Shown: positions 1 to 5,139, numbered from the stretch's first letter. The stretch is 5,218 nucleotides of DNA from an uncultured Erysipelotrichaceae bacterium (GCA_964457525.1 CAYWGS010000108.1:1-5218), one strand, 5' to 3'. Notes: generated by a model not told the origin, from the letters alone. Program-made: numbers and translations.

Positions 1-12
1 ATTCAAAGCTGT

Positions 13-1929
13 TTATTCGTTACAGCCTCTTAAGATATATTTCTTAAATTCATTCACTGATTTACTCTGAACTAAACGATGCATCAAGGACCCATTCGCT
101 AAAATCATGGTCAATGGATTCGCCAATAACATGAGTGGAGGATACTTCTTAGGAAATAAGAATACGAAGATAATTTTTACTTTTGACCCATTCCACGTAA
201 ATGCTTTAGCAGGAATGATAATCATAATACTCGCTTCTGTACGCTTTTCATCATAGAAACGAATAATTGCGGCTTGTTGACGCACAGAAGTGAAGTAGCG
301 ATCATGACGATCATTAACCTCTTTACGTAACTCTACCCGCTGCATACTATTCAACTTCTCTTCATCCGCAATGAAGTTAATCACTTCTTTGATATTCTTG
401 ATTGGCGCATTGTAGAAGAATCGATCTTGTTTAATGTGATCTAATAGAAGTAATAATCGTTCGTTCTTATCCAAAATTCTAAACTTCAAGTTAGGAATAA
501 TGGTTTCATAATCCGATAGATTTGGATAGAATATAACATTATTTTCCCCTTGTGCAAATCGTTCCATATCGGTCACAATCATCAAGTTTTGTTGCCTCAA
601 CTCATTCGCATCTATCGTATTACTAATGTTAATCGCATACGTATATTGTTCAACTTCTTTACGTAAACGACGCGCTAATGCTTGAGCAATCGCCTCCCCT
701 TTTTCAGATACAATCATAAGTGTTCTACGATCGACCGTCGGCGCATAGGAGAATTCATTGTTAAAGAAGAACGCGAAGGTCAGAATATCATTACGATTAA
801 ACTTCACATTCTGTTCAGACTCAACGTATTCCGCAAAGAGTATTGCACATTCTAAGGCAATCATCATTTCATCATCAACCGTTACCAAATCAATATCACG
901 TTCTAAGAATCCAATGTTCTTTTGATTGGTTACCATGATTAAGAGTAATGCAAGTTTCTTATTTAAGTTAATCGGTGAATCAATGAGATTATTATACGGT
1001 TCAAAGATTTGATCCATATAGTTTGTTACCAAATTAGAGTTATTCGAGTAACTTGTCATAAATTGATCTTTATACAATTGATCCAACTGACTCTTTTCAT
1101 AAAGAAGAGAGATAAACAAGGATAAGAATTGTGCTTCAAATGGTTCTTGTTCAACTTCGATTAACTCTAGCATTTCCTGTGATGGCGCAATCAAACGATT
1201 AAATATCTTTAATCGACTTACAACCGTCTCAATACGATGACCATGTGATATACGATTATAGGATAATGCCATATAGATTCTTAAGCTATTTAGGTTTACT
1301 TCTGAGATCGCAATATTGTATTTGTTCACAATCTTACGAATCATCTCAAACTTCTGTACCGGTAAATCTTCGATTGAGAATCCAAAGGATGTTTTAAATA
1401 AATACTCTAAGGTACGATGAGATTGTAAGATCTCAAAATATCGAGTAAACGCTAAACGCTTAGCATATTCATCCCCTTCAAATAAATATCCCTTACCTGG
1501 CTTTATCTGTAAGTTTAATTTGTTTTCTTTGGTACTCGACTTAATCTCATCCACTAACTTAACAATCGCACGTTTAGGTGAATATAAGTGAATCGATAAC
1601 ATCTCTTGAGTAACATAATCTTCTTGGAGTAATAAGTAACAAATTATAAATGCTTTCTGAGTTACTGTATCTTCTAAAGGAGAAAACTCATAGATTCTTT
1701 GATAAAGTTCTTCTTTGTCTTTCGCATCTTTAACAGTTATCGCATACCCAAATCCACGTTTTGATATAAGTTGGATTTTAGTTCGACGTAAGTATTCATC
1801 TAAGATTTTCATCTCATTTTGAACTGTTTTAGTACTTATATCTAAACGATACGAAAAATACTCACTGTCTAAGTAAGTATCTGATTCCAATAATATTCGT
1901 AATATAATCTTTTGTCGATTTGTTATCAT
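13..1929 (-). CDS. PRD-domain transcriptional regulator with MtlR/LicR/Mga-type architecture (wHTH, Mga-like HTH, PRD, PRD-like, EIIB-like, EIIA-like)
   Basis: Long intact ORF. The track gives 13..1938 from a TTG; I prefer the in-frame ATG at 1929 (MITNRQKIILRIL...). Motifs seen: N-terminal wHTH typical of BglG/MtlR/LicR-type regulators (RQKIILRILLES...ISTKTVQNEMKILDEYL...GFGY), a second HTH-like block (VTQEMLSIHLYSPKRAIVKLVDEI), PRD-like helices (LNSLRIYMALSYNRISHGH; KKLALLLIMVTNQ), an EIIB-like strand-loop-helix (RTLMIVSEKGEAIAQALARRL) and a C-terminal EIIA(Mtl/Fru)-like segment (IMIIIPAKAF...KVKIIFVFLFP). Stop TAA at 13-15. No clear Shine-Dalgarno before either start. Confidence 0.8.
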   Translation of the reverse strand: MITNRQKIILRILLESDTYLDSEYFSYRLDISTKTVQNEMKILDEYLRRTKIQLISKRGFGYAITVKDAKDKEELYQRIYEFSPLEDTVTQKAFIICYLLLQEDYVTQEMLSIHLYSPKRAIVKLVDEIKSSTKENKLNLQIKPGKGYLFEGDEYAKRLAFTRYFEILQSHRTLEYLFKTSFGFSIEDLPVQKFEMIRKIVNKYNIAISEVNLNSLRIYMALSYNRISHGHRIETVVSRLKIFNRLIAPSQEMLELIEVEQEPFEAQFLSLFISLLYEKSQLDQLYKDQFMTSYSNNSNLVTNYMDQIFEPYNNLIDSPINLNKKLALLLIMVTNQKNIGFLERDIDLVTVDDEMMIALECAILFAEYVESEQNVKFNRNDILTFAFFFNNEFSYAPTVDRRTLMIVSEKGEAIAQALARRLRKEVEQYTYAINISNTIDANELRQQNLMIVTDMERFAQGENNVIFYPNLSDYETIIPNLKFRILDKNERLLLLLDHIKQDRFFYNAPIKNIKEVINFIADEEKLNSMQRVELRKEVNDRHDRYFTSVRQQAAIIRFYDEKRTEASIMIIIPAKAFTWNGSKVKIIFVFLFPKKYPPLMLLANPLTMILANGSLMHRLVQSKSVNEFKKYILRGCNE

Positions 1930-1938
1930 GTTGCCCAA

Positions 1939-1967
1939 ATTTAAACATATTTTAACTTTTTTGACAA
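1939..1967 (-). promoter_or_regulatory. Candidate sigma-A type promoter for the PRD regulator (-35 TTGTCA, 17-nt spacer, extended -10 TGT-TTAAAT)
   Basis: The minus strand reads CGTATAGC TTGTCA AAAAAGTTAAAATATGT TTAAAT TTGGGCAAC ATG. The -35 is the reverse complement of 1962-1967 and the -10 of 1939-1944. A TG sits one nt upstream of the -10. The -10 ends only 9 nt before the ATG at 1929. Confidence 0.4.
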
Positions 1968-1975
1968 GCTATACG

Positions 1976-2001
1976 AAAAAGACGAAATGAATTGTCTTTT
2001 T
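1976..2001 (-). terminator. Weak AT-rich hairpin directly after the DUF1232 gene stop (possible leaky terminator)
   Basis: AAAAAGAC (1976-1983) and GTCTTTTT (1994-2001) form an 8-bp inverted repeat with a 10-nt loop. Only 3 G/C pairs. The T-run is part of the stem and one arm overlaps the stop codon, so termination efficiency is doubtful. Confidence 0.3.
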
Positions 2002-2405
2002 TAGTTCTTATTGAGTTTATTATCCACATCTTCTAATTCTTTATGATCGAAATCCCCAAACCAATCTTTAAGTTTAGATTTTGCCTTTAACTTAATGTCT
2101 TCATCCACATACAACGCAACTGCGATTAAGACAGATATTAAAGCAGTTAAATCATCTGAAAATCCTACCACAGGTATAAAATCTGGAATAATATCAATCG
2201 GTAAGATAAAGTAACCTAAACCACCAATAATAATCGATTTTGCGATAGGTGGGGTTGTGCTTTTTTGAAGAGTATAAAAGAGTAATAACGCTAAATAGAT
2301 AAGCTTAATACCAGCACTTTTCGCAAACTTAAGAATCTTATCAAACAATTTCTCTTCTGAATAAGCATCATGATACTTCTCATCTTTTAGTTCTTTAATG
2401 TCCAT
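2001..2405 (-). CDS. DUF1232 (YkvA-like) family small membrane protein
   Basis: 134-aa ORF with the DUF1232 signature YFILPIDIIPDFIPVVGFSDDL (Y-x3-P-x-D-x-IPD-x-IP-x2-G-x2-DD). Hydrophobic helices flank it (IKLIYLALLLFYTL; LTALISVLIAVALYV). SD GAGGG (reverse complement of 2410-2414) lies 4 nt before the ATG at 2405. Stop TAA at 2001-2003. Confidence 0.85.
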   Translation of the reverse strand: MDIKELKDEKYHDAYSEEKLFDKILKFAKSAGIKLIYLALLLFYTLQKSTTPPIAKSIIIGGLGYFILPIDIIPDFIPVVGFSDDLTALISVLIAVALYVDEDIKLKAKSKLKDWFGDFDHKELEDVDNKLNKN

Positions 2406-2426
2406 TTTACCCTCACTGTTAATAAA

Positions 2427-2435
2427 ATTATAGCA
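2427..2435 (-). promoter_or_regulatory. Extended -10 promoter (TGCTATAAT) for the DUF1232 gene
   Basis: The minus strand reads ...CTTAA TGC TATAAT TTTATTAACAGTGAGGGTAAA ATG. TATAAT is a perfect -10 (reverse complement of 2427-2432) preceded by TGn (2433-2435). No good -35 at 16-18 nt, which extended -10 promoters tolerate. The predicted TSS near 2420 leaves a short leader containing the SD. Confidence 0.55.
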
Positions 2436-2464
2436 TTAAGAATTACATTAATAGTCTAGTTTGA

Positions 2465-2962
2465 CTATACTTTCTTAATCATAATCAAACATGGATTCCA
2501 TTCATTCCATAACATAGGAAATACTTCAAGTTTTTTGAAACCTAAACTCTTATAAAAGGCTATGGTTTGATCATACTCAGGATACTTTCCTTCATCGACT
2601 GTCTTTACTTGGACATATTCATACTTATTTTTAGCGTATTCTTCAAATTGTTTATACAATAATTTGCCTATACCCTTATGATGAAATTCTTTCTTCACAC
2701 CCATACAATGAATCTCACAGGTATCACAGCTCGTCTCTTTAAGTGTTATGAACCCCAATGTTGTGTCATTGTGATGTGCTGAAAATAACACAAGTTGTTT
2801 GGATTGTTCAATGTATTCTTTTGTGCTATCGGGAAGTCCAAACCAGTCTGGTAAGTCTAGCAGTACTTCTTCTACTATATTAGCTTTATCTTCTTGATTT
2901 TCAATGGCATTTATAGCAATGCTAATAACATTAATATTATCTTTCCTAATTAAATAATTCAT
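2465..2962 (-). CDS. GNAT family N-acetyltransferase
   Basis: 165-aa ORF with the acetyl-CoA binding motif A: CMGVKKEFHHKGIGKLLYKQFEEYAK (HHKGIG decoded from 2666-2683), matching the Q/R-x-x-G-x-G/A pattern. Also an N-terminal LPDWFG block and the C-terminal FYKSLGF...NPCLIMIK block common in small GNATs. The ATG at 2960-2962 lies 6 nt after the ATPase stop, with no recognisable SD. Stop TAG at 2465-2467. Confidence 0.9.
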   Translation of the reverse strand: MNYLIRKDNINVISIAINAIENQEDKANIVEEVLLDLPDWFGLPDSTKEYIEQSKQLVLFSAHHNDTTLGFITLKETSCDTCEIHCMGVKKEFHHKGIGKLLYKQFEEYAKNKYEYVQVKTVDEGKYPEYDQTIAFYKSLGFKKLEVFPMLWNEWNPCLIMIKKV

Positions 2963-2968
2963 ACAATC

Positions 2969-4408
2969 TTAACTTTTATATCCATTTTTCTCTGCATGTC
3001 CTAAAAGATACAAGAATGCAAATGCAGGTATTCTAATAAGATTTTTTCCACATTTTGTATGATGAACTCCATAATCATCTGCCTTTTTTGTGACTACAAT
3101 TGATGCAGATGCTTCTTCACACATTTCTGATATTGCATCATCATCTGCGATTGTTGCATTGTCTCTATATTTAACTTCAACAAGTATGTTTCTTGTGTTA
3201 GGGTACTCTACAACAATATCTATTTCTTTATTCTTGTTTCCACCTCTGAAATATCCAATCGAAGTTGCCTTCTTATAATAGAATGATGCTAAGTGTTTAT
3301 AAACAGTCGTTTCAATTATCTTACCCATCTCAATTGAATCAATAAATAATGTTTCATCCATTAAAACAGCATTTAAAATCGCTGGATCTGCAATATATAT
3401 TTTAGGACTAGACTTTAAAACTTTCTTACCAGACATTTCGATTGGCCAACTTTGAAAAATAAGATTAGCACTTTCTAAATAACTTATATAGTTCAATACT
3501 GTTGGTCTACTGACACCTTGTAACTCTTTCGCAATCAAATCTACTGAAACAATAGATGAAGATACTTTACAAAGGTATAGAAAAATTCTTTCTAACTCTG
3601 TAGTATTTCTTATTGGGTATATTGAAGGCAAATCTCGTTTTATAACCTTATCAACAACATCTTCTCTTAAAACTTGCTGTGCATATAAATCATTATCTGA
3701 AAGCACTAACTCTGGAAACCCTCCTATTTGCAAATATCGATTTAAATGATTTTGTAGTTTTGCGAGTTTTAACATAATTTGAGTTTGGTCATAATGTGAT
3801 TTTGTAGCCCAAGAAGTAATATTATCATCCTGGGTTAAATTCGGCTTTTCAACTCCTTTTAATTCGCAGTATTCATAAAATGATAAAGTTGGGACTTGAA
3901 TAACTGACCATCTTCCAGCGCCGCTTTCACTTGCACCTTTCATAATTATCGGACTTGCTGACCCAGTCGCAACTACTTTTGTGTCAGGCTCCATATCGTA
4001 AATTGATTTAAGCCATTTATCCCAATCTTTAGCATATTGAATCTCATCAAAAAAGTAATAAACATCATTATCTGCATAAATATTTTGGTGATAACAATCA
4101 AGGATATCACCAATAGTACTTAATTTTAACATAGGATGATCCATCGAAATATAAACTATTTTCTTAGGATCTATAGTATGTAATAACTCTTCAATAATTT
4201 GATATTGAATCGTTGTTTTCCCAACTCTCCTTGTTCCTGTTAATATTACTAATCTTCTTAGATTCTGATCTGTAATTCTTTTCAAAGCTTCACTATATGC
4301 AAATCGTTTATAAGATTTTGCTAAACTTGGATTTATTATTCCGGTTTTCCACCAAGAATTATAAGAAGCCAAAACTTTCAAAATTGATTCTGAATTAATT
4401 ATTGCCAT
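2969..4408 (-). CDS. P-loop ATPase of the COG1373 type (AAA_14 NTPase, wHTH, DUF4143 PD-(D/E)xK-like C-terminal module)
   Basis: 479-aa ORF. Motifs decoded: N-terminal NSWW; Walker A GTRRVGKTT (4211-4237); Walker B YYFFDEIQ (D121/E122 at 4043-4048); ATGSAS sensor-like motif; SGAGRW; QIGGFPE; a wHTH-like segment (SVDLIAKELQGVSRPTVLNYISYLESANLI); KIYIADPA. The C-terminal signature is IIE(366)TTVY...YFRGG...EID(397)IVV...LVE(411)VK(413)Y. SD GAGGTA (reverse complement of 4414-4419) lies 5 nt before the ATG at 4408. Stop TAA at 2969-2971. Confidence 0.9.
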   Translation of the reverse strand: MAIINSESILKVLASYNSWWKTGIINPSLAKSYKRFAYSEALKRITDQNLRRLVILTGTRRVGKTTIQYQIIEELLHTIDPKKIVYISMDHPMLKLSTIGDILDCYHQNIYADNDVYYFFDEIQYAKDWDKWLKSIYDMEPDTKVVATGSASPIIMKGASESGAGRWSVIQVPTLSFYEYCELKGVEKPNLTQDDNITSWATKSHYDQTQIMLKLAKLQNHLNRYLQIGGFPELVLSDNDLYAQQVLREDVVDKVIKRDLPSIYPIRNTTELERIFLYLCKVSSSIVSVDLIAKELQGVSRPTVLNYISYLESANLIFQSWPIEMSGKKVLKSSPKIYIADPAILNAVLMDETLFIDSIEMGKIIETTVYKHLASFYYKKATSIGYFRGGNKNKEIDIVVEYPNTRNILVEVKYRDNATIADDDAISEMCEEASASIVVTKKADDYGVHHTKCGKNLIRIPAFAFLYLLGHAEKNGYKS

Positions 4409-4427
4409 ACGATTACCTCATACTATT

Positions 4428-4438
4428 ATGATAATCAT
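4428..4438. repeat. Perfect 5+5 bp palindrome ATGAT-A-ATCAT overlapping the -10 of the ATPase promoter
   Basis: 4428-4432 ATGAT and 4434-4438 ATCAT are exact reverse complements around a central A. It is short and AT-rich, so chance occurrence is plausible. Confidence 0.45.
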
Positions 4439-4440
4439 AC

Positions 4441-4456
4441 TTTACATAAATGTAAA
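4441..4456. repeat. Perfect 7+7 bp palindrome TTTACAT-AA-ATGTAAA overlapping the -35 of the ATPase promoter (operator-like)
   Basis: Arms at 4441-4447 and 4450-4456 are exact reverse complements separated by 2 nt. Confidence 0.7.
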
Positions 4457-4509
4457 TATTTATTTAAAATATACTTTAATTTATTTATCTATATTTTGTA
4501 AACTATACT

Positions 4510-5070
4510 TTATATATTTAATGCGATATAAGCCATCAATAATCCTACTACTAATCCACCAATCACCTTTAATACATTTTCAAACACTAATCTTCTTTTT
4601 CTTTGTTTATTCGTATCACGATTCACATCTTTACCATCCATAAAATCGACAATCTCTTGGTAAGTCTGTATATTTAACTTCTTTTTCAAAACTTCAAGTT
4701 GATATGCACAATATAACATACCTAACGCAAACACGATAAAGAATGGTAATGTCACATAGAATCCAATACGCTTCAAGAGCGATAAGGATAAAAACATAAG
4801 AATCATTGTGACTAACATTCCCATACTATAGGTATTCATCTTCTTATTCGATAATTCATCTTTCATCTTTTCTAGATCTCCTTTGACAAGTTCATCTAAG
4901 GAAATATTGAAACAATTACTCAATAGAAATAGACTCTGTAAATCAGGATAACTCTTCTCCGTTTCCCAGTTTGAGATTGTTTGACGAGAGACATAAACTT
5001 TCTCTGCTAAGTCATCTTGAGACCAGTTAAGTTGTTTACGATAGTTCTTTATTTGAGTTGCGATATTCAT
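4510..5070 (-). CDS. Membrane-anchored XRE-family (HTH_3) transcriptional regulator with three predicted C-terminal TM helices
   Basis: 186-aa ORF. The N-terminus IKNYRKQLNWSQDDLAEKVYVSRQTISNWETEKSYPDLQSLFLLSNCFNISLDELV is a textbook Cro/C1/XRE HTH. Hydrophobic segments: MGMLVTMILMFLSLSLL, IGFYVTLPFFIVFALGMLYCAY and VLKVIGGLVVGLLMAYIAL. A basic loop (NKQRKRR) follows the positive-inside rule. Strong SD AAGGAGA (reverse complement of 5075-5081) lies 4 nt before the ATG at 5070. Stop TAA at 4510-4512. Confidence 0.9.
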   Translation of the reverse strand: MNIATQIKNYRKQLNWSQDDLAEKVYVSRQTISNWETEKSYPDLQSLFLLSNCFNISLDELVKGDLEKMKDELSNKKMNTYSMGMLVTMILMFLSLSLLKRIGFYVTLPFFIVFALGMLYCAYQLEVLKKKLNIQTYQEIVDFMDGKDVNRDTNKQRKRRLVFENVLKVIGGLVVGLLMAYIALNI

Positions 5071-5081
5071 ATGTTCTCCTT

Positions 5082-5119
5082 AGACAATCTCATCTTAGAA
5101 AAGATTGTACTTATTGTCT
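5082..5119. repeat. Nested inverted repeats sharing one arm: AGACAAT(5082-5088)/ATTGTCT(5113-5119) and ACAATCT(5084-5090)/AGATTGT(5102-5108)
   Basis: Read directly. The plus-strand block AGACAATCT (5082-5090) is complementary to two separate elements farther right, which lie upstream on the minus strand. The inner pair brackets the candidate -10 TAAGAT. Confidence 0.6.
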
Positions 5120-5124
5120 GTCAA
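5092..5124 (-). promoter_or_regulatory. Candidate promoter region of the XRE gene (ambiguous hexamer pairing)
   Basis: The minus strand reads CTTT TTGACA GACAATAAGTACAATCTTTTC TAAGAT GAGATTGTCTAAGGAGAACAT ATG. A perfect TTGACA (reverse complement of 5119-5124) is 21 nt from the only reasonable -10, TAAGAT (reverse complement of 5092-5097). The alternative -35 caGACA (5115-5120) gives a 17-nt spacer. TACAAT (5104-5109) is only 9 nt from TTGACA. Confidence 0.35.
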
Positions 5125-5139
5125 AAGTCTTTGTCATGG

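Larger units (their letters stand above)
4428..4456 (-). promoter_or_regulatory. Sigma-A type promoter for the ATPase-GNAT unit (-35 TTTACA, 17-nt spacer, -10 TATCAT)
   Basis: The minus strand reads TTTACA TTTATGTAAAGTATGAT TATCAT AATAGTATGAGGTAATCGT ATG. The -35 is the reverse complement of 4451-4456 and the -10 of 4428-4433, with an exact 17-nt spacer. The predicted TSS near 4420 lies just upstream of the SD. Confidence 0.55.

Noticed and set aside
2451-2468. Hairpin ATAGTC-N6-GACTAT overlapping the GNAT stop codon, considered as a terminator
   Set aside because: The stem is only 6 bp with 2 G/C pairs and no following U-tract (TAATGTAATTC), so it is unlikely to be an efficient intrinsic terminator.
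3090-3278. 62-aa plus-strand ORF from the track
   Set aside because: It lies entirely antisense within the well-supported ATPase gene. The product is low-complexity (Ser/Ile/Leu-rich), I saw no SD, and it matches no family I recognise. It is most likely a shadow ORF of an AT-rich gene.
4418-4438. Minus-strand mini-ORF ATG ATT ATC ATA ATA GTA TGA (MIIIIV) just upstream of the ATPase start, possibly a leader peptide
   Set aside because: It overlaps the predicted -10 element, so it would not be on the transcript from that promoter. It has no SD, and Ile-rich strings are expected by chance in this composition. It would matter only if XRE read-through transcripts are translated here.
4441-4470. 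Plus-strand promoter-like match (TTTACA, 18 nt, TAAAAT) that would drive antisense transcription into the XRE gene
   Set aside because: The region is almost pure A/T, so such matches arise readily by chance. There is no downstream plus-strand gene or structured RNA to transcribe. Only transcriptomics could revive this.
4470-4512. 9-bp direct repeat TATACTTTA (4470-4478 and 4504-4512), considered as a target-site duplication or att remnant
   Set aside because: Both copies lie on the same side of the cassette, 34 bp apart, rather than flanking it. I found no matching copy near 2406-2464, and a 9-mer repeat in AT-rich DNA is weak evidence.
4428-4643. 71-aa plus-strand ORF from the track
   Set aside because: It starts in the AT-rich intergenic promoter region and runs antisense through the 3' end of the XRE gene. 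The translation is a low-complexity Ile/Leu/Tyr/Phe string typical of AT-rich noise, with no SD.
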